From Phoronis australis (taxonomy: Eukaryota > Animalia > Phoronida): DNA of 64,000 nt. Position 1 is the first letter of the stretch, and each line of letters starts with the position of its first letter. The position numbers and the translations under genes were made by a program. The stretch covers positions 78,080-142,079 of the forward strand of contig NMRA01000280.1 in NCBI GenBank assembly GCA_002633005.1, given 5' to 3'. The notes below the pieces were generated by a model, which searched no databases, was not told where the DNA came from, and saw nothing but the letters and a program-made list of their open reading frames with translations. Positions 35,396 to 48,395 of this stretch are shown here, one piece after another.

Positions 35396-35837
35396 ATGAC
35401 CAATGCTCCCCGCTACATAGAATCTTTGTCTGTGATAGGTTTGTATCAAAAAGTGTTTTTTGTCATCTTTTTTCCAAATTTGGGTATGAAAATTCTTATT
35501 TCGTGCACATAGTCAGTTATTGGAATGGGGAAGTATGAAATTGTGATTAGCAGACCATTTGACCTCAACTGCTGTTTGGAAGAACCCATTCACCAGTTGC
35601 ATCCCACCTGGCTTAGGTATTGCTAGACAAAATTGTTATCTTTTACTAGGCCTATGTAGATGTTCTGGTAAAACTGTTTCCCATGCTCCAAGTAAGTAAT
35701 TATAGTCCCTTTCATACTAACGCCAATGTTTTGGTAGTTGCGGTCAGTATGAACAGTTAACTTAGGTCCTAGGTAGAAGTTAACAGCTCCAGTTAGCTTC
35801 GCAGTAAACAGGTGGATTTAACAGCAGTTCAAAGAAC

Positions 35838-36215
35838 GGACAATCGCCACACAAATGAAAAAGTTTGTGTTGATTCGGTGTTTCATCTATGCATTAGACA
35901 TCATCAGGTTATAAACAATAACATATTGGCCTTTCAGGACCAGCATGCTGCTGGTCTGCTGGTCCTGAAAGGCAAATGACTCTTTAATGTAAAGTAATTC
36001 CTTTACAGATTCTTTACAGATGATACTGACTGAATTAGCTTGGTGATTGTTACTATTTACTATTTCCTGTCGTTGCTGCATTCATTTCACTTCATGGATG
36101 TTACCTGACGCGTATGTCGACGCTTGATGTCTTATTGTTTATAAAGTGATGATGTCTAATCAGTAGACGAAAGGGCGAATGAATATGAACTTCTTCATTC
36201 GTGCATCGATTGTCC
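35838..36215. repeat. Foldback (palindromic) repeat containing a 17-bp perfect hairpin
   Basis: Arms ~35838-35925 and ~36127-36215 are inverted (GGACAATCG, ATTAGACATCATCA..TTATAAACAATAA); GCCTTTCAGGACCAGCA/TGCTGGTCCTGAAAGGC at 35929-35973. Confidence 0.8.
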
Positions 36216-36426
36216 ATTTTTTTATCCTATTATGGCCCAAAACTGATGTAATTTAACAGCGGAGCATTGATGCTGGGTGCAGTATGAACGGTCAACTTCA
36301 GTCCCATCGAAGTTATCGCCGTGGGCCACGCCACTGTTGTCATCTACAATTAAAGGGCAGTGTCGTCAGTAATAGTTGCTTATATTTTTCTCCAATTATC
36401 ACCAATTGCATTAGAAATAAGTGTTA

Positions 36427-37748
36427 CCGTATTCGCCCTAATAACCACCTAGAGCGCTTAGAAAACTTTGCTTCAGGAAGGGGGACACTTATTATAGCCC
36501 AAAAGTGATCGAAACCCAGTTTCCGAAACAGGTGAAATTGAGCTAGAATTCATCAAGTTTACGCTGTGTGACTAATCTGTAACCTAGTATGACAGAGTGT
36601 CTACAAAATTGCAGTGCAAATGCTATCAAACTTTTATTGTTAAATTACGAGCATTTTTCAGAAAGTCCCAGTGCGGAAACTCGCTAACTGATGTGTCGCT
36701 GCCTCGCGATCGCCGATAGGTCATCTTGAATTCTTGAGTAAAAATATAGTTTCAATTCAACAAATTACGTGAAGTCCTTAAGTTTTCAAAGTAGCGTCCT
36801 TAAGATTTTTAAGTTCCTGTAGAGTCTGGATTACGAGCATGTACTCCGCAACATGAGAAAAATCTCTGAACGAACACACATGTTGTTGTCATGTCATGTT
36901 TGTTTTGAAGTTCGTCTGTGTATTGTGTAAGTGAGCGAGCGCATGCGTGTCATCAGAGTTCATTTGCCAGAGTAAACACGATGTAGCGATCTAGGTGTTC
37001 ATTGTAACTAAGGAAATCAACACCAGCAGTAAAGCAGAATGTGTTTTATTTAGCACTTTTTGATTTCATCTGCTAAAAAAACGTTCAAGAATTGTCTCGG
37101 TAAGGCCGATTTCATTGAGTCGTCCGGTGACTGGATGCGTGACAGTCAAACAGTTATTTTTCGGGAGATTCGGGAGGTGTAAGGGTGCGTAAGTGTTCAC
37201 TACAGTGGGTCATTTTGACGTTAAAAACGCCAATTACGACTAATATAATAATTCCCCCTTAAAAATAATGCAAACGTTTTTTACGGTATTAGAAACTTTC
37301 GTAAATAGGTACTAGTATTTATTTCTTGCTGATGCTATGCTACCCGTTTCATGAATGGATAGTTCCCAAAGAATAATCTTCGATGATGTCACAGGTACTT
37401 GAATGTAGCGCACGCTTCCTGGTCACGTGCTTTTAACTGAAGAAAGGCCAAGTTTTTATTAGTCGTCGATTCGCACTTGTTTTCTTTTTGAAGCACGACG
37501 GAAATTAGAAGTGTATAGTCACGGCTAAATACCGAGGCTCGTGGTCTATAAATTCATTGCACAATAATTTTTTCAGGACTGTCTGATCTTATTGATAAAT
37601 TGAAGACATTACTGTAGAATATTAGAACTGTAGGTGAGGCATTTTTTGCATGTACATGGTGTTCGTGGACTGGTCGCTTATTTTGCAAAGTCTGAAAACG
37701 CGTGGGGTGTGCCTATATGGGCATGGGCGCTTATTAGGGTAAATGCGG
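36427..37748. mobile_element. Non-autonomous Tc1/mariner(pogo)-type TIR element (~1.3 kb)
   Basis: TA|CCGTATTCGCCCTAATAA ... TTATTAGGGTAAATGCGG|TA; subterminal GCGCTTA/GGGCGCTTATT motifs; no ORF. Confidence 0.8.
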
Positions 37749-39081
37749 TATGTCAATTAGCTCATGTAAATACTCCCAAGTTGTCACATTAAAAAAATCT
37801 TAGTGTACTCAGCTGCACGCGATGATGCATCAGCGCTACCTTGCGATTACTTCGATGACAACAGTGTCACCTACCGTTTACATCAATGCCCATTAAGTAC
37901 CAAAGCGGGTATGAACGGTTCAGTTAACTTCGCAGTTTATGTCCAGGCTCTGCTCAGACCAGAGTTAAGTCAGTATGCATGTGAACATTTCTCAACAATG
38001 ACTTACTTGATGTACCTCAGTCAATCACTGAATGAGCAAACACAATGGCTGATGCAAGACCAATGGGGTCTCCTGTGGTCTACACTAGATGTAAACAAAG
38101 AGGACAAAAATGTGGCCAACAGTAGTGCAGTGGAGATATTGCATGCGTGATTAATTTGTCCCAGGAAACTTATAGCTTTGAGTTGCAACCAGTTATGATG
38201 GCACTGAACAATTAGACTACAGTTCCTGCGAATTTACAGTCCCAAGTAATTAAATTCCAGGGGTAGGCATTGATATGTGTTCTGCCAGGCAAAACCCAGT
38301 GAGAACTGTTGTGTGTATCCTATAGCCCACTGTTCTTGCTAACCCTGAAGTGCCATCTGGTTTTGACTTTTCTTGAAGGTTGCATACTAGTAAACTTGAC
38401 CCCATGTCCCAGTCATTTCCTGACAGTTGTGTAGGTATTAAATTCTGGCATTATTGCGAAATGAGTTATCCTGTTTATGTTATCTTCTGACTATTTGTAG
38501 TCTTCTGGTCAAAAATCTTTCGTCATGTTTGTATGCCAGTCTTACTGTGTTTCTTTTTATTCTATGCGACACTTTTGTTCCTTTTTCATTAAATAATATT
38601 TTATAAATCAGTTTCTTTAAACTCATGCATTTGAACCTGGCTGTGAAACTTGTACTGGTGTACACAAACTTATCCATAACTATTGAACATTGCATGGCGC
38701 CTGCTTGTCCCAGATATGTTTTCGAGCTTCCCAATCATGTTTATAGCTGTTAGGGTTGATCCGTTACAAAAATCATGGTGTGGTGTATAAATGTATGTAG
38801 GATATTTTGGCTCATGCACCTATATCCGAAATAATTTATTTTCTGTGAATTTTTCTGCACAAGATTAAGCTTCACTTATATGCAGGTGACTATGCTGAAA
38901 TATCATCAATTTCAGACAAAAATAATTGTCAAAATTGTTCATTTTTCAAAGGAGCCAACATTGCTATGTATGGCCACAGTTACTCAAAACATTATCTAGG
39001 ATAGAGCTGAGCATTTAAAATAACAAAGCATGTAGTTGTTATTTTTATCAAAAAATGAAAACTACTAAAATTTTATTCATC

Positions 39082-39282
39082 TGCTTTATTGTGTCTCAAT
39101 CGAATGAATCTTTCCAATGTTAAACTTTTAAAGGACCTAGAAAAATATCCGAATTTGGCCAGTTTCAGAACATTGTATCTCAGGGATGGGTGATCAGATT
39201 CATATGAAACGTTCAGAATGCTCTGTGCACTGTTCTCCAAAGTGTTGTTAGGAATAGTTTTGTAAATGTTCCATTTTGCATG
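39082..39282 (-). repeat. Dispersed repeat, family B (inverted copy)
   Basis: See 35182-35395. Confidence 0.75.
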
Positions 39283-39576
39283 AGGGGCTATCAAAAATTG
39301 GATTACAGAATTTCATGAAAATTTGTATAGAACGAAAACAAAATGATACTGTTGTCAGATATGCACTGTAACAGCATTACTGAGATTTCATTCTGACGTG
39401 GAACGTTGTTTATATTTTACAACAAAATTTGGTCATATTTTGCTATCGATGTACATTTATTCTTTGCTAAAGTTTACTAAAAAAAGACCCAATATGGCAG
39501 ATTGTTAAGCAGTCAAAATCAAATCCACTGGCTTTCCACTTTCAGCAAAGGTATACTTTTACAGACTTCAAGTCTA

Positions 39577-40143
39577 CGGTAAAGTCGCGTGATTTTCGGA
39601 CGGCCCGCCATTTTCGACCAAGAATAAATATTTCCGAAATGAGTTTTTCATAGTCCACGAAATTCGTACAAGGTCCAAAAACTGTTTTTTAATGATCTTC
39701 GAACTTCGGACAATGTCATAAACGTCGGATTTTTGCCCCGCGACTTTCGGACAAGGAAAATTTTAGAAACGCTAATTTGGGATCGACGCAACTCCCGTGT
39801 CACTAAAGCGTTCAACGGATGATTACTACTCTATCAGGCTTGAATCTGAGAATTGGTGTAACGGGCTTTGTAATTTTTACCTTGTCTTGACGATGTCATG
39901 ACCGTTACTCGATTGTCTTGNNNNNNNNNNNNNNNNNNNNNNNNNNNNNNNNNNNNNNTGTTGATACTACGACCGCTCATCGAAATAATGTACACCCACG
40001 AAATTCGGACACTAGCTGAAACCCAAATTTGGAGGTCCGCCAAATTCGGACACCACAAAATGATATTTCGCGAGATTCGTCCAAGAATGAATTTTTTCTA
40101 TTGGAATTAATTTTCAGTGTCCGAAAATCACGCGACTTTACCG
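39577..40143. mobile_element. Tc1/mariner-type MITE with perfect 25-bp TIR, spanning an assembly gap
   Basis: TA|CGGTAAAGTCGCGTGATTTTCGGAC ... GTCCGAAAATCACGCGACTTTACCG|TA; internal TTCGGAC repeats; N run at 39921-39958. Confidence 0.9.
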
Positions 40144-40347
40144 TATAGTTTTGTAGGTATTTGGCTAAGTACAGACTTGTTGATATGGTTCTACCAGTAC
40201 ATAACCCTCCTGCTCATGATTTTTTTCTGTGTGTAAGTGTGTCTGTCTGTCTGTCTGTCTCTCTTCCTGTTGGCACATATGGTGATAACAAACGATAAAA
40301 TGAACATCCACGACAATCTCCTAAAAATGTTAACTAGTTATGTCTGT

Positions 40348-40768
40348 CAGGGACTCATCTAGGATTTGAAAAGTGAGGGCCCAAAGTCGTGAGATTGACA
40401 CTCGCCATATGTGGGGATTCTTTATGGAGTGACCCCGACGTCACAGGACAGGAAGGTATTCCTCCAAAAACATGGCTACCAGCTTTTGCCGATCGTCAGT
40501 GTGACATTATCATGTATGGTAAAAATAGACTACATTTTAGTCTGTGATCTCTGTTTATGTCTTATGTATATCTGACTAAATCCAGTTGTAGGTTACAATA
40601 AAATTTATTGACCAGAAACATTAACATTCTTCACTTAACCGTCATTTTTGCTGAGGTTGTCTTGAAACAGGCCACATTTTTTTCTCTCTTGGTTGTGCCA
40701 TCTATGCCGTCATTTTTCAAAACTGGCTGTCCTAATGATGGTCATGAGGACTAAAAGATGAGTCCTTG
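40348..40768. mobile_element. hAT-like MITE remnant
   Basis: TIR CAGGGACTCATCT / AGATGAGTCCTTG (12/13); the 8-bp TSD is not convincingly preserved. Confidence 0.55.
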
Positions 40769-43485
40769 ATGATAATATTAGTGAACAAGTGTTGGAGACC
40801 ATCCAACATAGGTATAATGTGATTGCCCATGTGTTTAGGTGCTTTTTATCTTGCCAATATGTGTATTGCGGTTCAAATTATTAGCCAATCAGGAGCTGTG
40901 TAGAGGTCATTTGGGCCATCTACTTATTGTACATGTCTCAACAAAATTAGAATTAGGCATCTTCACTCCATTTGAGGCATAAATGCGAATCTTAAAGTGT
41001 ATTCACAAAATTTGTAACCACATTCCCTTTTAGCCTTGCTAATTTTGTTATTGTCATTATTTTACTTTTTGAAGAACAGTTTCCTCTGATACAATGTAAT
41101 GTTTAGAAAAACACTACCAGTTTGTGTCTGTTTCTGTCTGTTGTCTGTTTCTGTTTCTGTGGTGACGTCAGAGGGTAGGCACCGGAATAGGCTCTGGCTC
41201 TCCTCCTTCCAGTATCGCACGTAATGTAAAATTGGAGAAGCAACCAAGTTCTTGCTGGTTTGTGTCAATTCCACCATACCTGTTTGAGATGCTTGTACCA
41301 CTTACTGGTACTGTTCAAAATGGTCACCAGTTGTTTCTTAGTATGATAAGTGATTTCTAGGATTGGTAAGAAATGTCAATTTGTAATTTCTTGAGACCTA
41401 GGTCATTAGGTTAGCGTGAAGCTTTTCTTCAAGCAACAAGTCTGGGATCTCCATTGGTGACAATTTCCCGCTTTCACCAGTGACATTTGAGCAGTCATTA
41501 AATGACAGTCCAACATCTGAGGATTAAACACAAATAGCAGGGTTTATTTGTTCCCGATTGAACATGTAAGTTGCATGCAATGCCCTCTTGTGATCATTCC
41601 CATGAGTGCATCTAACCTTTCACACTGCTGGAAAGTGTTGCAACTCTGCACATAAATTAAATTCCACTATTTTGAAAGTAGTTTTGTGGCAGGTTTTGAG
41701 TTCTGACATCCTCAAAACAGTGAGTAGCATTAGGTTGGTATGAAAAGAATATAATTTATGATTTTGACAAAGGGTAGGTACGTAACTGCTTAACGAGTAT
41801 AAAACTGAATTTCAAGATTTTTTTAGATATTTTGTTATTTGAAATTCATTTGTCACCGTACTTTGCTGCCTGGGCTAATCACTCAGAGGCTCAAACAAAC
41901 TGCAGATGAAATCCATGGCATGTTCACGACAACGTCAAGCATGGGTCAATGAACTTGTAAATTGTGATATGAACATTTGTTTTGTTTACCTGGTTTGGTC
42001 TTTAGGTACCTGTCTTCCAAATTTACCTAATTCTGTCAATTTTAACAATGCTTTTTGTCCCAAAATGAAGACTTTGTACCAAAAGAGTTATCTGGCTAGT
42101 GTCAAACCTGCATATTGACCTGTTTAAGCTGACTAATACTGTAAATTGAATGAGGATTTTTAATCTAATAAAATTAGTCTCATGCCATTCCTTACTGTGA
42201 TAAGATGTCATTTCCATTACCTTTTTTTCAAATTTTCAATTTTAGGGTAGGCTAGCCCCAAGAGACTGAAGCATTTCCTTCAGTTGCCGATGGTTTCTAT
42301 GCTCTTCTTGGTAACAGAAAATGCTTAATTCAATTTTCATTTTTTAACCAGCTAAACGGGGTAAAATGCAGCTCCAATGGTTCATTTGTCATAGTTGTAT
42401 GAACTACATGGTGGATACCATTTGATCCATGACTTGGCAAATGAATACATGCGCTTATTTTAGCAGTGAATTACTGAAATTTGAAAATATCTGTTACATG
42501 TTTTCTACAAAAGGAAAGCATGTAACTGATATTTAATTTTTCTTGACTTTTTAACCTGATCATGTAATGTGTTGGTTGATACAGCAGTCGATTCACTGCA
42601 GTTGTAAGTGATCATTTTGTGCTGGTACTTGGTGTTATGATAATGACCTGCAGATTTTAATGTGAGCATCAGGACCAACACACGCTCGCATGAAATAGCT
42701 TCACCTGGTTATGCGTTGGTGAGGAAAGTGAACCAGAAATGTTACTTGAGGACTTGTTGAGTCCCAGTGTTTTTGCTGTGATTAAATGACGTTTGATTGT
42801 TGGCAAAGTATGATATTATCCTTGATCATCAGGTAGTGTTACAGTAACTGAATTGGTCATTTTTCTTTTTTCCTCTATCATTATGTACCCACACACTCAG
42901 TTTGAAGGCTGTATTGTTAGCCATTATATTTACCAGGACTGTTATTTGTATAATAGTTTGACCTGTCTAGCAACTGCTTGGAAGAATGTACTTTAGAGAT
43001 AGGTGTCACAAGAGGCGATGTCCAGAGAATATAGGTTTTGGCTGTGTCATTATTCAAGGATACTGTAGTGTCAAGATAGCAACATCCAAGCAACTAATAG
43101 TTTGGTGAAGTACCGTAATCCTTCAGTTAATGTCCTCGGTATTTAAATTGGTAAGCTCCAAAATGGAAGTGGGCATTAGCCAAGCATAGGTGTTTGAAAA
43201 CAAATTTATACGTCAGGGTTGAGCGCTCATGTGAATGGTTGATCGGATTAGCTTCCAGGGAGGTTCTTTTCCATTGGGGTTTATAGTTGCAGGTCAGTTG
43301 ACATGTCAGTGTAATTTATAGGTAGGTGAAGTTTACACATTTCTGGACATTTTCAAGGAAGTCACAATTGTATAATTGGAGGTGAGTGTCTACTGTACAA
43401 GGCTGTGTCTTAATTATTTTCATTTTCGTCATCATTTATCATCAACTCAACATGTACCAAGGCTGTGTTTCTTATGTCATAACGA

Positions 43486-43540
43486 CATCATCATCATCAT
43501 CATCATGCTCATCATCATCAGCATCGTCATTGTCATCATC
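43486..43540. repeat. (CAT)n microsatellite
   Basis: Directly visible; it explains the poly-I and poly-S ORFs in the track. Confidence 0.85.
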
Positions 43541-44737
43541 AACAGATTTTTTCATAACAACAATAAAAGTTCCAATTTTTGATACGATCATTTATAAATG
43601 AAACATTGTAAAAACAATGGTGGACTTGATATTCCCTGGGTGGTTTCGTGAATAAATGCTCCTCTTTTTAACATCTGACTTTCTGAGAGGAGAAAGTGCT
43701 TCATCAGCATGGGGTTGTCATGTTTGGTAAGGGTCCTATCAGAACTGACTTGATTGTGCATTTGTTCTGGTAGGACGTCTGATGCAATATCACCAGTTAT
43801 GAGTCCCCCATTTCTCAGGAGGTCTTGGACAACAGCATGTAGATATCGTATGATCTGAAAATTCCACTTAAATCTGACCTGCCATTTATGAATTATGATG
43901 TTTCAAATTTAACCAAATTTTGACATTTTCTACGCTTCATTTTGTCATACTATTTCTTGACAAATTACTGATAGCTTAGCTTGCTCAAGCATAGTAGTGT
44001 GTCACTTTATTTGACATTTTTCTCTGAGTTTGAATTCTGTCGGTAATCAATGCTCAGTAAGGTTGAAAGAGTTTAGAACTTTAGATATTGAGTAAGGCCT
44101 TGTCAAAAAGTCTTGAATAAGCTTGTTCGTCCAATCGCCTTTGAATTCCAAACTTGTGAAACCTTGTCTCTTGGTAACCATTGCTGTGCAAGCTTGAAAC
44201 AGATTGCAGGCCAGTAACAAGTTTAGCTTATTCTAACAGAAGGTGGATTGTGTAAAATTTAACAAGGACTCCAAGAGATAGTAAAGTGTTCCTAATGTTT
44301 TAGTGCTCAGAGTCCTTGGTCTCAAGATTTTAAATTTTAGTGTCAATACTGAACCTCCCATCATTATGCATGCACTGCATCTAATAGGATATTGTAATTT
44401 GTGACGATTGTGGTATATCAATGCGTGTTGCGGCCAACAGATGGCGCGCACGTAGTAGTAAATCAAAGAACACACGAATACTTTAACAATAGAATACGTC
44501 TATTAATTTGCAGCGTTGTAAATTACAAACAATAGATTACTTCGAGTTGTGAGACTGACGACTGTTCGAATGAAACGATATATCGTTACAGGTGAAAGTA
44601 TTAATCTACAGTGCCACCAGTTACCCGTAGCTACCGCCCACGTTAATGCAATACAAGTCGCAACATGAACTGACCCTCTAAAACAATCACTAGACTGGTT
44701 CAAATTGACTAGCAGGCTGAGACCAACGCCTGTATTA

Positions 44738-45901
44738 CCGTAATCGTTCGGGTTAACGCCCTGGGCGGTTAAATTGGCGAACCCAAAAAATCGGGGGTGG
44801 GCGGTTAACCAGACATGGGCGCTGAAACGTGAAATTTCAAGAAATCGGGGGGGGGGGNNNNNNNNNNNNNNNNNNNNNNNNNNNNNNNNNNNNNNNNNNN
44901 NNNNNNNNNNNNNNNNNNNNNNNNNNNNNNNNNNNNNNNNNNNNNNNNNNNNNNNNNNNNNNNNNNNNNNNNNNNNNNNNNNNNNNNNNNNNNNNNNNNN
45001 NNNNNNNNNNNNNNNNNNNNNNNNNNNNNNNNNNNNNNNNNNNNNNNNNNNNNNNNNNNNNNNNNNNNNNNNNNNNNNNNNNNNNNNNNNNNNNNNNNNN
45101 NNNNNNNNNNNNNNNNNNNNNNNNNNNNNNNNNNNNNNNNNNNNNNNNNNNNNNNNNNNNNNNNNNNNNNNNNNNNNNNNNNNNNNNNNNNNNNNNNNNN
45201 NNNNNNNNNNNNNNNNNNNNNNNNNNNNNNNNNNNNNNNNNNNNNNNNNNNNNNNNNNNNNNNNNNNNNNNNNNNNNNNNNNNNNNNNNNNNNNNNNNNN
45301 NNNNNNNNNNNNNNNNNNNNNNNNNNNNNNNNNNNNNNNNNNNNNNNNNNNNNNNNNNNNNNNNNNNNNNNNNNNNNNNNNNNNNNNNNNNNNNNNNNNN
45401 NNNNNNNNNNNNNNNNNNNNNNNNNNNNNNNNNNNNNNNNNNNNNNNNNNNNNNNNNNNNNNNNNNNNNNNNNNNNNNNNNNNNTGGAGGTGTAGACGCC
45501 AGCGCGGTTCCTAAAGTTTGCGAACATGAGAAGAAAAGAAAGTGACAAAGTGTTCAAGTATTACATTTTGAAGTTAATCGATGACCCGTTACAATAATTT
45601 GTTACTGGTATCATAATTCACATTGCTAAACCGCGCTCTCTGAGGCCGTCGTTGCACTCAATGTTATCATCGATCTTAATCTAAAAGGTCGGGGATTCGC
45701 GTTTCCTATTAGCACAGGGCGGTAATCACCAATCGTCAAAAGTAGGGGATGGGCGCTTAACCGAGAGGTGGGCGCTTAATTGGAAATCTTCAAAAATAGC
45801 AGGGGGGAGGTTAACCGAGCAGTGGGCGGTTAAACCGAAAATCCACCTAAAGTAGGGGTGGGCGGTTAACTGAGCATGGGCGTTAACCCGAACGATTATG
45901 G
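44738..45901. mobile_element. Non-autonomous Tc1/mariner(pogo)-type TIR element spanning a 627-N gap
   Basis: TA|CCGTAATCGTTCGGGTTAACGCCC ... GGGCGTTAACCCGAACGATTATGG|TA (1 mismatch); arrays of GGGCGGTTAA/GGGCGCTTAA near both ends. Confidence 0.88.
44858..45484. other. Assembly gap (N run)
   Basis: Ns in the sequence. Confidence 1.
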
Positions 45902-48239
45902 TAAGTATCTATACCTCGGCTCCTGGACTTGACGTTGTTGAACTGGTTTCCTCGCCTTCACTGTCGGCTTCTTTTGGAGACGATGTCGTGGTCTGACGTC
46001 GTGGTCTATCTTGGTGTCATGGTCTGCCTGTTCTTGGTGGCCAATGCCTTAAATACTATTCTAGCTGGCATCATATGATGGGCCCATCTCGTGACGGTTT
46101 AAGTTTCTGGTCAGAGTTTGCACGTGACACTTGCATAAGTATTAATTAATCTGAATAGAGCTTACTCAGCACAATCAAATCAGCTGACTATTGAAATAAT
46201 TCTTGCATAACACCTGTGATAAGTTCTACTACAGTCAAAGATATGATTGCAATGCACTTTTAATTTTCGGAAACCTCAATTAAATGCAGAGGGCCTAGCC
46301 TCATTATATTACACGATATGGAAGCATATTTGCCCTTATTTGCAGACCAGTTCTTTCTGATTTGAACTCTTGATACCAGATGTATCGTCAAACACTCATT
46401 TTCACATTGTGTGGGCACTTTCCGCCTGTTTAATTGATTCTTAGAATTACACATCCATGGATTTGTAAATGTTTTGAATGATGCGTGCCTGTCTTGATAT
46501 GTTATTATCTAATTAGTGAGGCACATCTTGTGTCTGTGTAAATGTTACTGGTTGACGTATTTAGTAGATCTGTGTGTGCTTTGCCCTCACCAAACAAGAG
46601 ATTTGCATATCATTTCATTAACAGTAGCGTACTAGATCTTGATATTAACTTTTAAATAGTATGGGCAAAATTGATTTTAACTATACAGCCACCAACCTCT
46701 GCTGCTGGACCGTTCTGGTGAGTTTTCTGTGACTAGAATTTATAGAGATGTTCGTTTTGGTTTTAATTTCCATACCGTTGTGATAATTTCCAACTGACGT
46801 CATCAAGACGGTAAAATGTAACTGACATGACGAACTTTATGTTTTTCATCCAAAATGCATAATTACCTCATCACATAATTTTTTTGATTTATTTTTTGAT
46901 TTAGATCTATTGATTTCTTGTTTTTTATAAATTTATGTGAAATACCTGCAGGAGTACGTTAAGTTCCTTAAATTAGTAATGACGTGCTCATCACTGTCAC
47001 TTTGATGCTTTACCACTGCACCACCACGATTTCACTCGTAGTTTGATACTAAGAGACCTACTTGTTTATGGTCCACAGCGTTTGCGCGCGAAACCTACTT
47101 CTTTTTGTAATGCTTATTACACTTTTTATATTTTGTGCGATCAGTTCGTAACAAATTTGTTGTATCTAAAATAGTCTTCAATTACCCAAAAGACCAAATC
47201 AGTTTTTTGTGTTGGCATTAATGATGCGATTGCTTTGGAAATCGTGTTAAGGTTTGACAAAGAAAGAATTATGAGTTTCTGAGGGATTCACTAAGTTTTC
47301 GATTAAAATTCACATCTTACAAGCAGCTTCTGTTTTTTCATCGTCACTCAGATTCCACTTTATAAAATTAAGTAATTTTCTTCATTGCACAGTGAAGCAG
47401 ACGACGGAAACGGAGTCATAGCCGTGCGCAGCGCTACTGTCGGTCGCCTGGGATATCGCGGGAGAGCCTATACTTACTGTAGCCATAGTTCCGTTACGAT
47501 TGCGCAGTGTTCCGAATTTGACACTTGAAATTGGATCTGAGCCCCCCCCCCCCAACACACTAAAACTGCACACATTTAAATCTTGTTTCTGCCGTATAAT
47601 TTTAATTCCTGTAGTTAATTATGAAACTCAACATTTTCACCTACGCTCTTGGTGTTTTATTTTTTTGCAGTAGCCAAGGGGGGCCCGGCCCTAAATCCGC
47701 CTATGGTTATCTTGCAAGCGCATTGAAGGACGATCACTTTCCGCCTTGCCCCAGTTGTGTTTAGACGTGTAGTTGAAACTGGAGCAACTGATCGAGTGCA
47801 ACTCGCTCTACCCCTCAAACCGGTGTCAAAATGGCCGCCGCGATGTCATCTTGCTCCGTGTCAGCCGTGTTTACACACACACACTTACACCTGATCAGCT
47901 GTTCTGAGTTAGTTGCTCCGTAACAACCGTGTCCCATGTAAATGGAACTATAAAGGTTGGGACATATCACCAAAGAAAGAGCAATAGCAATGTGGATGTC
48001 TCTTTTCTTTTGTTGTAGTTAACCAAATTTTGCAATTCAGACTATGAAAAAGTTCAATTCTCAATGACGGATTTGATTTTTATAGAGTGCAGTTTCTAAA
48101 ATGAGCGGAAAAGAATGTTGCTACAAACAGGCGACAGTTATCACTGACACTCATTTCTATTCGCTAATCACCTAACAAAGAAGTCTGTCATAAAACTCCA
48201 GGAGTTATTGAGGTGCCTATTGTAGTCCCAATGGGTATG

Positions 48240-48395
48240 CAGTGCTGTAGTGGGGCGTAGGCATACATAGGCGCAGCCAACCTCCCTTTGGTATTTGAAT
48301 GTAGCAGCTGGGCACCGTAAATTACTTACAGTGCTCAAGGTGATACGGTGGGCTCTGGGCGCCTACTTGCCTCTCATTTTACAACTACAGCACTG
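48240..48395. mobile_element. hAT-type MITE (156 bp)
   Basis: 12-bp TIR CAGTGCTGTAGT/ACTACAGCACTG; 8-bp TSD TGGGTATG versus TCGGTATG (7/8). Confidence 0.88.

Noticed and set aside
43376-43601. Poly-Ile and poly-Ser ORFs
   Set aside because: Produced by the (CAT)n microsatellite.
44774-45557. 238-250 aa ORFs in the track
   Set aside because: Artefacts of the N run.
47827-47839. YY1-like motif CAAAATGGCCGCC
   Set aside because: Isolated short motif, common inside TEs; no supporting exon structure.
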